A stretch of 63,469 nucleotides of DNA, the filler included, from Squatina squatina (Eukaryota): NCBI GenBank assembly GCA_031763465.1. It is 4 parts of 4 records of this genome, joined end to end, with 100 filler letters (N's around TTAATTAATTAA, not from the genome) between each part and the next. Parts side by side here need not be neighbours in the genome. Positions count along the whole stretch, not along the records: positions 1 to 16,086 come from JARFOE010000219.1; positions 16,187 to 29,631 come from JARFOE010000080.1; 2 more parts are not named here. One strand, 5' to 3'. Under the pieces are notes generated by a model, which saw only the letters and a program-made list of their open reading frames with translations, ran no database searches and was not told the origin of the DNA. Position numbers and translations under genes: made by a program. Positions 12,921-26,163 of this stretch are shown one piece after another. The stretch's first letter is position 1, and each line of letters opens with the position of its first letter.

Positions 12921-14319
12921 AGTTTAAGCGAAAATCCTGGAATTATTTAAGAAAAGGTTATGTTGTAGGGTTTTTCTTGGTGGATAAAGTAAGTTGACCT
13001 TCCTCATTCATAATTATCCCGTGATTTTATGAATTTAACAAGCAGACAACCAGGAAGTCAATCACCTTTTACTATTTAAGACAAGGTTTCCCATCTGTAA
13101 TCAGGAGTCAAAGACTCGGTGGCATTTAAATTCCTGACCAGTTATATCAGACTTCCATGTAATGGAGAAACCAGAGCTGGGACTGATTAATTTCTTCAAA
13201 TAGTCTAAACTATGAGAAAGTAAGCTGGTCATTAATACCCCAATCCGGCTGAGTTTTTTCTTTCTTTATTTAAATCGGTTTCTTTGCAACATGAACACGG
13301 CGGTAGTTTAGAGGATATGGCTGATACTCAGCATTAGTTTGTATGGCAAGGTCCGAGCGCTGTTATCAGCTGTCACCTGCACGACTGCAGCAGCTGTTGA
13401 ATTTATTTTAATCACTTAATCACTGAGAAACATGTGTTACCGTTGAATCTTTCGGTGTGCTGCAAAGACTAAAAGATGTGCTTTGAAATTCTGGTCTTGG
13501 ATACCTCTCCGATTTATCGGCCAGTATGTGAGAAAGGGCGCATTATTTTTTTCTCGCGAATTCGCNNNNNNNNNNTTCATGATGCAAAAGCAGGTCCTGT
13601 AAAAACATGTGCAACCCTTCTGGCTCTTTTCCATCGTAAATAAAGAATTTGCAAATTTCGAATTAAACCTGTCACTGAATGCACTGACGTTTCAGACATA
13701 TTTCCCTCGAATGATTGGGAAAGATTTTCCAGTGTTATTTTATTGTTCGAGAAAATCTTGCTAAGTCTAAAGCTTCTGGTTCATAAGTGATGTGGGTAAT
13801 TTAATTCGCAGATGTCATGAAACTGGATACGTGGGATTTACACTTATTTGAAAACCTTTTGTAAAGTCCAACCACATTGAATAGGTGCATTTTATCTTAT
13901 TCAACAGCAGTTAATTATATCTCAATTGTCTTTTTTTTCTCTTGGACAAACAATTATATAGGGCGTTGACAGAAAGAGGACAAGTCTGCCATGCTATTGT
14001 AATGGAAAATACCTGCTTGTCACATAAGAGGACAGCTAAATAATGCTATGCCTAGCTAAATGTCTATCCAAGGGGAATGTATTCTAACAAATAATGAGCT
14101 CTAATATTGGATTGAATTTTAAAGTAAAGTGACTCATTTTCAAAGTAAGAAGTGTAGCAATGTTTTGTCAATATATTAGAATCCAGTAAAATAATTTTAA
14201 ATTAGAGTTAGCTACAAGAATGTTTAGATTCAATGGCGTCTAAATTTGATGGTGCCCGATGACAGGTGCAAAATGATTGGCACGCCGAACTCACATGCCT
14301 GAAGAGAGAGGCTCCACCA

Positions 14320-14431
14320 GGTTCTCCACCAGGACTGCGCATGCGCAGTTGGTTCTCCACCAGGACTGCGCATGTGCAGTCGATTCTCCACCAGGACTGT
14401 GCATGCGCAGTCGGTTCTCCACCAGGACTGC
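14320..14431. repeat. 31-bp tandem repeat (~3.6 units) with an 18-bp palindrome, inside a MITE
   Basis: Units start at 14320, 14351, 14382, 14413 (GGTTCTCCACCAGGACTGCGCATGCGCAGTY); MITE terminus CTGGTCACCCTA ends at 14518. Confidence 0.9.
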
Positions 14432-16086
14432 ACGAGTGAGCACAAAGACCGGGACATTTAAAACATTTCGTAAAAAAGCGGGACTGTCCCGGCAAAACCG
14501 GGATGTCTGGTCACCCTACTTTTTGTGCCTGCCGAAATTGAATTTTACCCCCAGTGTTGCCAAGAGGAAGCATCTAGATGAGGAAGAAGAAAGACATCAA
14601 GGATGNNNNNNNNNNNNNNNNNNNNNNNNNNNNNNNNNNNNNNNNNNNNNNNNNNNNNNNNNNNNNNNNNNNNNNNNNNNNNNNNNNNNNNNNNNNNNNN
14701 NNNNNGACGTGAACATCATTCAAATAGAATATAACTAATGAATAATGAATATCACAGTAGGTTTTCAATGGGAACAGCAGCTCAGTGACACACGTGGCAC
14801 TTTACTTCACGATTGGTCCAGGAGAGCTTCCTTCATTCTGGCTATGCGGCCTTAGACCTTTTTGCAGCCTGCAATTAGTGTAAGACTTTCTATTCTTAAC
14901 TTCATTGATGTGAAACTCCAGCTGTGCTGTATGATGCCCCACTGTGGACCAAGAGTAAGGCTTCCATTTGGAGCTGTGCTTATAAAAAGTGAAATGTTTA
15001 TAGTTTAGTAACTGCACAAAAAAGAACCTTGAGCTAAAGAACAGTGAGGAAAAAAACACCACCTTGATTTCTGCTCTTTCCTTCACTGGGACTAGACTAG
15101 GGGTCAGAGTGACAAAATGGATACTCCCTTTCCCATGAAGTACGTTAATCAGGATTCTATGGAGGCTTCCTTGAAACAAAGATTCAGCTTTCATTAGCCT
15201 TTCCCACTCACTTCTCACTTTCTCCATCTAAACCTGGGAAGGTTTGGCAGTGGGTTGGGTTGAAGTCAATTTAACATTCCACGAGTATGCTTTATGCATG
15301 CAGTGTGTGACCTTACCTCTCATGAGCAGTGACTAAAATAAACTGGGAGAGTAAGTGTATGGAGGAGCTCTCCTCCCCCTTACTTGATTGAACAAAGGTT
15401 ACTGCAGTAAGTAACCTTTTCCTTTCAATCAGCTTTTGAACTTTTTGCAGATATAAAATAACAATGAATTAGTGCAGCTTAAACCTCGCGATTGTAAAAT
15501 GGTGCATTACATGAAGACATAAATTGAAGCTAGATATTCTGAACTGCACTTGTCAACTGATTAACCTGTTTTTATTGGATTTAAATTCTGTGAAAAATGT
15601 TGCCTTGGTTACAGAGATCCCAAAACTGCACCAAAATGCACTCAATACAGTTCTTCAGACATTAATGCAAATGAAAATATTGTACTATGCATTTAAACAT
15701 AAGTGTTAAATTACATATCACGGCATGAACAGTGCAGTGGTCAACTTTTTATTCGTGTGAATAGATACATATTGGTTTATTGAAAATAATACAACCAATG
15801 CACTAATATTTTACTTGTAAATCAGAGGTCTGACTGGTTTTAACTGCATGCCCTCGGTCAGTTGTCCATCCGAAATGGGTGAGAAGTGTCAGCTGGTCAA
15901 TGGGCGGGAGAGTAATTTTGGGCAGCACGAGGCCACCTCTGGAGGAATGGTTTTCTTCACGGGGAGCTTAGGGTAGGGGAAGCCTCAATTTTCATTGCCA
16001 GGCCAGGAGGAGCATTCTAGCTATAAGGAAAGGTTTTTAACCTCACCTGCTTGTGGCTCCTCCAGCTCCAGCTCCTCCTCCTGCAG

Positions 16087-16186
16087 NNNNNNNNNNNNNN
16101 NNNNNNNNNNNNNNNNNNNNNNNNNNNNNNTTAATTAATTAANNNNNNNNNNNNNNNNNNNNNNNNNNNNNNNNNNNNNNNNNNNN
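16087..16186. other. Artificial scaffold-concatenation spacer
   Basis: 44 N + TTAATTAATTAA (stops in all six frames) + 44 N = 100 bp. Confidence 0.95.
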
Positions 16187-17579
16187 GCCAGCAATGTTCC
16201 AAGGAAGACATTAAAAGTTATGCCAGCGCCCGGCACGCAGCTGCACCTCCCAGCACTGTATATTGGCAAATCACACAGATGCAGTCTGTGGTTTTCTAGG
16301 CATTATAAAAAGGTATGTGGTGAGCCCATTAAAATAACTGGTGACTGTTAGCTTTAAGTTTATTCTGACCAGCTGCTGCATCTGGAACTCCTGACAGTTA
16401 TTCTCCTGAGAGCTGGCCTGCAAGCCTCCCAAGCAACGACAAGCCCTACAAGCCCCAGTTGCAACCTGACACTCCTCACAAGCAGTTTAATCTGTTCAGT
16501 CCAACCTTAATTAATTGTCTTTCTGTATAAATGGAAACAGCTGAGACTCCTGTGGTAATCAGTTATGATGCACGGCCAAAATATGGGCATGCCGAGGTAT
16601 AACAACACAATTTAAAGGCAGGCTTTACAAACGAATGAACATTGAAATTGTGTTCAAATCCCAAATTTGGTATATTTCATTCAAAGGGTTAGTGTCTTTT
16701 TTAATTTTTGTTTTATAGCATTATTTCTTGCTGGCTGGAAATCAACTGCAGATCATAAAGTAAATTTACAATTATTACATCAATTACTAATCTTGCCATA
16801 TGGATCATGCATCCATTACACGGAACAGCTTGACCGTTGATATCTTCCATTATATCCAGTATCAGAAAGAAGCATATATTGAAAAGAGAATAAAATTATC
16901 CCGACTAACTCCAAAGTGCATATTATAAAAATAGCAGATACATGGCGTGATTTCAGTAATCTCATCTCTCCGTTCATATGGTAGCTATCAAGCACTCAAG
17001 CATTACTGTTATGATTTATGACATCATCTGAGCCATTCAATGAGATACTGCCTTCTGATCACTGCAGGGTATCCATTACTCTCAATATTAATTACTTGAG
17101 GAAACTTGAGGCAAAATTTGATTTGATAAATGGGGCAGCTGGCGTACTTTAACAGGGAAAATTTTCCTCAGTCTTACCTAAAGGGTTCTGCAGTTATCCA
17201 GAGCAATCTCACTAGATTCAATTAAGGATATCTGAAATCCAATAGTTTTTGTAGTTTGTACAACTGACTCTCAAAACCCTTTAATAACTGTTCATAATTG
17301 CCTGGTGCTGTATTGTAAAGAAATTGATTCAGCATTGTAGTGTTTGTGTGCGTCTTTTGTAGAGTCTTTTCAATAAAGGTACTATGCAGAAGTTACAACT
17401 GACAATTTGTGAAGACTGGATCTTTCACTCCCTGCTTTTCTGTATTCACTGTACAGTTGGTTTTAACCTGTTCTAATTACATATTTAAGACAATAATGTA
17501 TAGAAAGCATGCAACTATCACCGTCAGTTCTTAAAACAACAATAGTAATATACTAATATGTAATAGGAATACACACTTC

Positions 17580-17895
17580 ATTTCAGTGCAGTACTGACGG
17601 AGGTGCTGTTTTTCAGATGAGATGTTAAACTCAGGCCCGCTTGTCTCTCAGGTGGACGTAAAAGATCCCAGGGCATATTTCGAAGAGGAGCAGGGGAGTT
17701 CTCTCCGGTGTCCTGACCAATATTTATCCCTCAACCTACATCACTAAAACAGATGATCTAGTCATTATCACATTGCTGTTCGTAAGACCTGGTTGTGCAC
17801 AAATTGGCTGCCACGTTTTGAACATTGTGCTTGTGGAGACACTTCAACAGTACTTTATATTGACTGTAAAACCCTTTGGGAAGTCCTGATGCAAG
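17580..17895 (+). mobile_element. 5'-truncated DeuSINE copy
   Basis: GGAGGTGCTGTTTTTCAGATGAGATGTTAAAC...AAAGATCCCA core shared with 56051-56500. Confidence 0.8.
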
Positions 17896-18975
17896 TCTTT
17901 TTTTATATAAAACTTCCCTCCATTTTTATTGCTAAATCTGAATGAAGCACTACACAGGATTTAAAAGAAAAACAATTAAGATGCAAGAAAAGTAAGCTCA
18001 GTTACTACCCATGTCACAAGCACTGTTGGACTATTGTAGCAATGTAAGTTGCCAGGTGCTTCAGCAGGCTGTACTTTAGAACCATTCATGTTTGTAGCAC
18101 AGTAAGAGGCCTTTCAGCCCAGTGTTTCTGCTGGCTCTTTGTCAGAGGAGTCCAAAACGGATCTCAATCTGCCTGTATTTTAGGTGGCCTGCATTGACCC
18201 GTCTGAGCCTGGTGTAAGGGCCAACAACTCTGCCTGAACTACTTGGGCAGAGATGAGATGTGGCTTCATGCCTATGCTTCATCTGGTTGGGGGGGGGGGG
18301 GGGTACAATCTGCAGGTTGGGTTTGTGCCCTTGAATCATGTACCATCTTGTTGTATGAACAGAAAAGTAATTTTCAGGTACTGTATACTGAAGAAGCACA
18401 ATGACCAACCTACAAAGGACCTGCAATAGAACCTGAATGCCATCCATCCTGTGACAAGGTTGGTTATACAAGTGTTTGGAGATGTGATGTTCTCAGAACA
18501 CATGAGCATAGCAAGACCTCCAATTGTACATGGCATCTTGAAGACATGCCGTACTAAGGTATGAATATCCATGCAATGTGTAAGTGCTTTAAAGTTGTAT
18601 GAGGGCTTGGCATGGAAAAATAACAATTGAACAGGCTGACTGATAATTCTTTGTGGCATGGAATCTTGGGCTTGTGATGACATACATGGGTAATTCTTCC
18701 TTGCCAGATTCCTTTAAGTTTGCCATCTTATTCTCCATCTCTTCCCAGGTCCTGCATTCCATATCTGAGGGGGAAGCTTAGGCCTCTGCTGATTCTAATC
18801 CACATCCAGTAGAAGTTAGGGGGATTTGAAGATAGGCCTAATCATGTAAGATTTGTGAAACTAAAAGTTGTGGCTNNNNNNNNNNNNNNNNNNNNNNNNN
18901 NNNNNNNNNNNNNNNNNNNNNNNNNNNNNNNNNNNNNNNNNNNNNNNNNNNNNNNNNNNNNNNNNNNNNNNNNNN

Positions 18976-19353
18976 AATTTCAAAATTCTTATTCTTGTTT
19001 TCAAATCCCTCCATGGCCTTGCCCCTCCCTATCTCTGTAATCTCCTCCAGTCCCACAACTCTCGAGATATCTGCATTCCTCTAATTCTGTCCTCTTGAGC
19101 ATCCCTAATTATAATCGCTCAACCATTGGAGGCCGTGCCTTTTGTTGCCAAGGCCCGAAGCTCTGGATTTCCCTAACTAAACCCCTCTGCCTCTCTACCA
19201 CTCTTTCCTCCTTTAAGATGCTCCTTCAAACCTACTTTGACCAAGCTGTTGGTCCTCAGTGTCAATTTTTTTTTGTTTTATAATACGCATGTGAAGCGTA
19301 TTGGAATATTTTATTATGTTAAAGGACCTATATAAATACAAGTTGTTGTTGTT
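18976..19353 (+). mobile_element. L2 LINE 3' fragment
   Basis: FKILILVFKSLHGLAPPYLCNLLQ; ends TATATAAATACAAG(TTG)n. Confidence 0.9.
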
Positions 19354-22300
19354 GGATTTGCATATTAATTGCTCATTGTACACGCCTAAGAAAGTTATTG
19401 CTCATAACTAACAGCGTAAGCACCCTTTTAACAATGTGATAATTATTAATTGTTAATGCAATGCCAATCAACCTCTATGGCTCAGAAAGGGAACAATTTA
19501 AATTATTGAGTCTCATTCCCGCGTTTAGTAAATTTTTATGGAGACTATAAAAATTTCAAATTTTAAATGTTAACATTTTTCTGACTTTTCCTTTCTGTCT
19601 CTCTTTTCTCTTTCTTTATCCAAGCTTTCTTTCCTTCTCTTTTTGTCTCTTTCTGTACCTGATTTGACTCTAATTCATCCACTTTAATTCTCCTTCCATC
19701 TCGGTCGTTCTTCGGTCTCTTTTTCAATCCTTAAGTCTCATTGATTAAGGAGATAGACTGTTGGCCCCATTGTTCACTGAAGTCCCAAATGCCCCATTGC
19801 CCTTGCTGTGCCATTATCAACTCGCACTTCTTGCAACTTAAAGTGCTCTCTTTGAGCTGAAGGGCATGAGAAAAAGTCAAAGTAATGGAGCATGCTGCGA
19901 GATGCCCTGAACCAGCAAGATTTGGCCTAATGTAATGATTCCAAAACTTGCTCAAAACAATGGTAATTGTATATTAGAAATTATAATGCTATTAATCTAA
20001 CTTACTTATCTGACTTGAAGCCAAGCCAGCAACTCCAATAGTGTAAAGCTTTTCCAGGAGAGGAAATGTGACTTGAAAGTTTATTTGAAATATGTAAGCA
20101 TGATTTATAATGACTATATTTTCAAACAATTGCTTATTTTTCCTACAGTGCATTTGACTTGGGCTTTGCTTGTTCTTGTGCTTATTAGGCAGCATAACTA
20201 CAAATTGCAGTTGAGCTGAAGGCAGAGGCAGTGAAGATACATAGCGCGATGAACACACTGGGCTGGGAGAAGTCCCATAAGCTTTTGATGTGCTGCTCCA
20301 GTCATGTTCTTGTAGAGGACTGACAGACCATCCAAACTTCTCTGATCTCAAAGAAGATGGACTCTACTATGTGCAGGAGCAAGGGATGTTTTTCTTGTCA
20401 ACCTGTCAAATAAGGATACCACATTCCAGTGTTATGTAGCAGATGATTTACAGAACACTGCAGTTGCTAATGGTGACAAATAAAGTTGAGCTGTCCTGTC
20501 TTTCCAACCATTTTTATCACTTGTTTGTCTCAGTGTAGTTCAAATGTGATTAACAAACTTAAGCAACTGAAGACAGCTTTTAATGCCTATCGAAGTGTGT
20601 GGACAATATCATCATTAATCCTTTCTGACAGAGTTATTGACTTAGTCTTCTCTGAGCNNNNNNNNNNNNNNNNNNNNNNNNNNNNNNNNNNNNNNNNNNN
20701 NNNNNNNNNNNNNNNNNNNNNNNNNNNNNNNNNNNNNNNNNNNNNNNNNNNNNNNNNTTTCTCCGATTTATTTTTTTCAGTCTCAAAAATTGCCCCGAAA
20801 TGGCAATTCAAAGTCTGCACAGTCTCTATGTGAGCCGGAAAAGTGTGAAAACCTGTGATATCAGTGTCACCGAGGCAAGGTACAAGCTCGAGATGGAGCA
20901 CACTCCCAGGCCTTGAAGTAGCGCTGGTAATCATTGGATTGAGGGTGTTTTTAAGGTTCAGCAGCATCATCGAGTTGTTTAGTGGGTGGCCATTTTGGGC
21001 GTTGTGCCTACTGATGACATCATTGATGGCATCTAGCGCTGGACGCTGAGTTTCCAGCACTAGAGGTGTAACGCCCATTTAGCGCCAGTGTTAACGGAAG
21101 ATGAATTTCCCATCGGTACATGTAGCACCCAAAATCAGCATTAGGCCGTTAACGCCGATTTAACACTACTTTCACGTCCAAAAAAAGATGAATTGGCCGT
21201 CCTTATTGCCTACCAGTTAGGGGTCAAGTGTTCAACTGTTTGACCTATTGGTTCATCACTGATCATCAGTTCACTTCATTCCTACTTTTCTGTAGAGTCT
21301 TGTGAGAGTTCAGTGTGAACTACCTGGTCTTTGACGACTGGTAACACATGAAAATCATTGAAGTTGTCGCCTTTGAAATTTTATTCTGGTGGCTGACTTG
21401 GCTATGATTTAAACAACACCTTCTCAGTATGACACTTAATCTGTTATCTCAATCACTTCAGAGGCCCATTATTCCTTAAGTAAAGTTCTTTATCAGAAGG
21501 TTTTTGACAGGAAATTACTAGCTGTTTGAGTAAAGCTAATCAAGTTTCTGTCAAGAAAGGGAAAAGCTGGACTTGTGCTGTCAAAGCCTGCTGGTATGTG
21601 GTCCACATATTCTACTGAAAGCAGATAAAAATTCAGGAATCTGCGAGCTGTAGTCAATCTCTTATCATGTGGTGAGTGGGAGTTTTCCTCTCGTGCAGCA
21701 GCCTATTTTATTCACAGTAGGACTTCAATAAGTTACTTCCTTAGAAGCCAGAATTTTTGAAGAGGTCAAAAAAAAAGTTTGAAAGATTAAACATCAAAAT
21801 TGATTTTTGCTGGTAAAGTTTGCTGAATTTATTTTAAAATATCTTGACATACACTACTTCAGTGTTTTACCTTTGGCTTCAAACAGTTCCTGAATTGTGG
21901 TAGTGTGGCACTTTCTGACTGTGTGTAATAGTTATGCAGTGCAGTGCTTTCAATTCATTGAAAATTGAAACGTTAAATTCGGTTCCCTCGAGGAATAAAT
22001 GTTCCACTGGAAAAGTGGTACAGCCATGGATAACTGGAGACGGTAGGGATAGTATTAAATTAAAAGAAGTAGCTTACAATGATGCCGAAAAGAGTAGCAA
22101 GTCTGNNNNNNNNNNNNNNNNNNNNNNNNNNNNNNNNNNNNNNNNNNNNNNNNNNNNNNNNNNNNNNNNNNNNNNNNNNNNNNNNNNNNNNNNNNNNNNN
22201 NNNNNAAATGTAGAAGTTTGAACATGTAAGCCGGGTTACCACGAGACTGTTGTGGACCTCTCTGGTGAAATCGATGTCTGGACTGGTGATTGAATACAAA

Positions 22301-22355
22301 CTGATTTATGTGCATAAGTAACATCTGAAACAAATATTTGTGTTTGACTTCTTAC

Positions 22356-22625
22356 CGTTTTCTGTAGTCTCAAGCTCTGTGTCAGTAAGAGTGAGTGCAG
22401 AATTTGCTCGACTGGATAAACAGGAGCTTCGTGCTGATTTAACACTTCGTCCCCAAAGTCTCATAGCATTTTCGGGAGACATGACTCCATCTGTCTCTGT
22501 ATCAGCATCAGAGCCTGCACTTATGGAGTACCCACGATGTGACAGCCCTAATTCCGTCCGATATCCAGTGCCATGTGGAGGTGTCGCTTCAGTCAGTCCC
22601 AACTCACGCAGAGAAAAATTTGTTC
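22356..22625 (-). CDS. TENM4: Teneurin intracellular-domain exon, TENM4 type
   Basis: ttctag| ... |gtaag; 270 bp, phase 1 to 1; (G)[89 protein letters not shown](G). Teneurin identity is clear; TPPHGT and the short TExExTEN end favour TENM4 over TENM1-3. Confidence 0.88.
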
Positions 22626-25600
22626 CTAGAACACAACATTCAATGAATCAGCAGGAATAGGCAGAAGGAGTGAAAGGTGTTAAAGGTATCATTTGCGACA
22701 GTCCGAGCTGTCGCTCAGTGCTGTGCTAAGATAGTTAGTGGCCAAGTGAATCTGCTGCTAATGACGTACAACAACCTGACNNNNNNNNNNCAGTTTAACC
22801 ATGCAGGCTGGTGTCACCCACATCCTCATCTCAACTTTAAATGAGATAAATCTCTTAGCGGCAGAGGACAAAAAGGTAAGCAACTGGGCTAAACTTTTAG
22901 CAACATATCTATTCACTGCTGGCACTGATGGTACCTGCAAAATCTTCCTATTTTCCCAACAATACTAATTTTACGTATATGTTTCTATTTGTAACACCAA
23001 AGTTCTGATTGGTCCCCTTGGAGGACAAGACACACCTAATTTTATATCTGAGTCTTTGGAGTAGGTAGGCCAAGTCTTTGGTTAGGCGTCGTGTGTTTCT
23101 TCTATTGCATGGGTTTCTTGGGTGGGAATTGGAAAATGACTTGAGATGACTCAGCAACTCGAAACAACTGTGTATTGTTAAAAAGCAAACTTCTCCAGCC
23201 CTAGACTAAGGCTGGGTNNNNNNNNNNNNNNNNNNNNNNNNNNNNNNNNNNNNNNNNNNNNNNNNNNNNNNNNNNNNNNNNNNNNNNNNNNNNNNNNNNN
23301 NNNNNNNNNNNNNNNNNTAACCTTGATACTGAGTTTAAAACATGAAGGCTCATGGTCCGTTAATACTAGCAACATTGTTCACAGCCACCAAATGTTTATT
23401 TTTTGCAGAGACTACAGAACAAACAAACCAATAGCTAATGATTTTTCCGAGGGCCCAGAGGTTCAGTCGTCCTTTTGAACCAATGGTTTAGATTAATTAT
23501 GAAGATACTCTGTCATCAAAATTTGTTTTCTTTCTTTCCAATTTTGCTTGCTGACTCACTTGTGAGTTTGTGAGCATCAGCATCAGTAAAGCTCAACTTC
23601 AGTCGCTGCCTCAGGGATGTATTCTCATAAATTATGAAAATTACTGCCACAATTAACTGAAAATCAAACTTCTTTACAATAAATGCTGTGAGATAAATTG
23701 ATTTCATACCCTGGGTCCAATGTGCCCTTTTGAAAAGGACAAAACTCAATGGGAGGAGTCAATAAATCACTAGGATTTTTTCCATCCTGTTTTGATGGAA
23801 CAGACTGTGTTCATTTTCATTNNNNNNNNNNNNNNNNNNNNNNNNNNNNNNNNNNNNNNNNNNNNNNNNNNNNNNNNNNNNNNNNNNNNNNNNNNNNNNN
23901 NNNNNNNNNNNNNNNNNNNNNTGTAGAGATAATTGCAATCGGTGGGAATCCGCACACAGGAAGCCTCTGATCACAATTTCAGGGTGAGTGATTCTACTCC
24001 ACATTCCTCATCTCATGTTGAGTGCCTGTAACTGACAATTCGCATTTCTCCCCACCCTACATACCCCTTCCTCACCTCTCTCTTTTCTCGCCTGACTGCT
24101 CTCTCACTATCTTAAACAGATGATCAATATCCAAATCATCAATTAAATGGTGACCCTTGCAGAAGATTTTATACATTTCAATCAATATTTCAGTGCAGTA
24201 TTTCAGTTCCCCATTCTCTTGAACTTGAATCTTTATTGGTTTGTGTGTACAACTCTTGGATGACAATAAGACTATTTTCCCTGAAGCTTACACTTGCCAT
24301 GTTTCTAGACCATGACCACACCTTTCCTGAAATTACTCATTTTCTCATTCATTTTTCTATAATGAATATGGTTAATTTCCCAATGCCTGGTTACATCCAG
24401 ATGGAGGCTACATATATCCCACTTGTCCTGTTTCATACAATATATATCCCAGCTGTAAAATCACAACAGCCTGCAAATAGACTACTAACACAGCTTCTGG
24501 CTTTCTTCATCTAACACATAACCCTGGTGATTTTTCTGTCCTAACTGTATATAGGTAAATCTATAATGATTGACACACAAATCTTCCACTTTTGAGGCCT
24601 GGGTATTGTCAAACCAAATCTGTGAGGCCCTGGGTAAAATTAATTGGTGCAGCCCCAATTCAGTGCCTGGTGGGTATAATTTCATAGCACATATCTATTC
24701 ATAATTCAGTACTAATTGGCAATCTCACTGAGAGAGCTGGTGAGGATAGCTAATGTTGGAATGTTGCACTCATGTAATAGCAAGTGCACTTCTGTAATGG
24801 GAGTTAAGGCAGATGGTTGGACAGAGCAGAAAGATCTTTACTCTGAATCTAATGCGTGCTACATTTGAAGGATAAAGATGTAGTCAGTGTCTCACTATGC
24901 TTTTCATTGATTTGCACCAATGATGTGGGTGCTGTTTAAAAAAAAAACATTTTTTAGGCATGGTCCCTAATACGAAGGAGGGAAAGAGATACCTTGCAGT
25001 AATGATATCTTGGTCCAATTTCTGATAATCTATTGGAGAAGTAAGCTCAAATCCCTGGCAAGTTTGTGAAGACCATATTGGTGTTGAGCATAATATTTTG
25101 CCTGTAGCACAATGCGTGTCCCAAACCATAATAGTGGACTTGTGAACCGCATTTATGAAGCCTGGGCAATCTGAAGGTTCAACAGTAAATTCTATGATAG
25201 CAATCCTACGAGAAGTCATGAAAAAGGCTGTCCCCCACACATACCGACAGGCAACAGATGCCGGAGAATATTGGAGCCACTAAGGGTATAAACCCTTTGG
25301 CCAGCTGGAAGTTGACCAAGGAGATCAAACCACCAGTAAAAATAGTCCTTAACAAGACATTTCTTACAAATTTGGGTCTTGCAGAATAACTTTCTTGGGG
25401 TCAGGGTCCCTGACTCAGGGATGTCTATCAGTTCCTTAAGCATCTTACTTTTATGGGAGTTGGCTCGCCCTGTGCTATATCTACTTGCACAATAGGTACA
25501 ATAGCTCAGCCCAGAGATGTCACTGCATCCCCTTGTGATCTAAGAACATAAGAAATATGAGCAGGAACAGGTCATTCGGCCCCTTGAGACTGCTCTGCTA

Positions 25601-25934
25601 TTCAACAAGATCATGGCTGATCTTCAACCTGGATTAGTTCCTTGTATCTTTTGCACATGTGCTACCTCAATCTCTTTGAAAGCAGACTAAGTTAACACGA
25701 GATGAAGCAAGGCTTGATTCAAATCATTAAGATGCTTTATTCCACAGTAAAGTGAATGTACAAAGCAACAGTTATGATTAGATTCACTTTGCTCAATCAC
25801 TACAACTTATCTCCGTGTAATAATCCGAAAAGTCATGGTTTTCCACTTCAGTATGTTGTCTTACTTCAGTTAAACTATCCTCCAGCATCCTTAACCTCTT
25901 CACCTCAGCAAAGGTCCTCACAACTGGATGAATG

Positions 25935-26163
25935 ATCCGAACACGTGAGTTCAAATCCCACGGTAGCTGGGGAATTTAAATTCATTTAATTAAATAAACC
26001 TGAAATAAAAAGTTAGGAGCAGGAATGGTGACAATAAAATTACCGGATTGTCATGAAAAATCATCTGCTTCACTAATGTCTTTTAGGGAAGTGAATCTGC
26101 CGTCCTTACCTGGTCTGGCCTATATGTGACTCCAGAACCACAGCAATATGTTTGACTCTTAAC
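25935..26163 (+). mobile_element. tRNA-derived SINE fragment with CR1-type tail
   Basis: B-box GAGTTCAAATCCC; CACTAATGTC.TTTAGGGAAG..AATCTGCCGTCCTTACCTGGTCTGGCC; same family as 32120-32488. Confidence 0.75.

Noticed and set aside
12326-12922. 198-aa plus-strand ORF
   Set aside because: No recognisable domain; most likely antisense to a decayed transposon ORF.
14320-14431. CRISPR-like palindromic repeats
   Set aside because: Head-to-tail with no spacers, in a eukaryotic MITE, no cas genes.
14802-15430. 141-aa minus ORF and a DIRS-like terminal motif (GGTTAC...GTAAGTAACC)
   Set aside because: No RT or tyrosine-recombinase motif found to support either reading.
18300-18700. Overlapping 109 and 115 aa minus-strand ORFs
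   Set aside because: Plus strand has a weak RTE-like LxGxESW remnant with stops; probably antisense of an old LINE.
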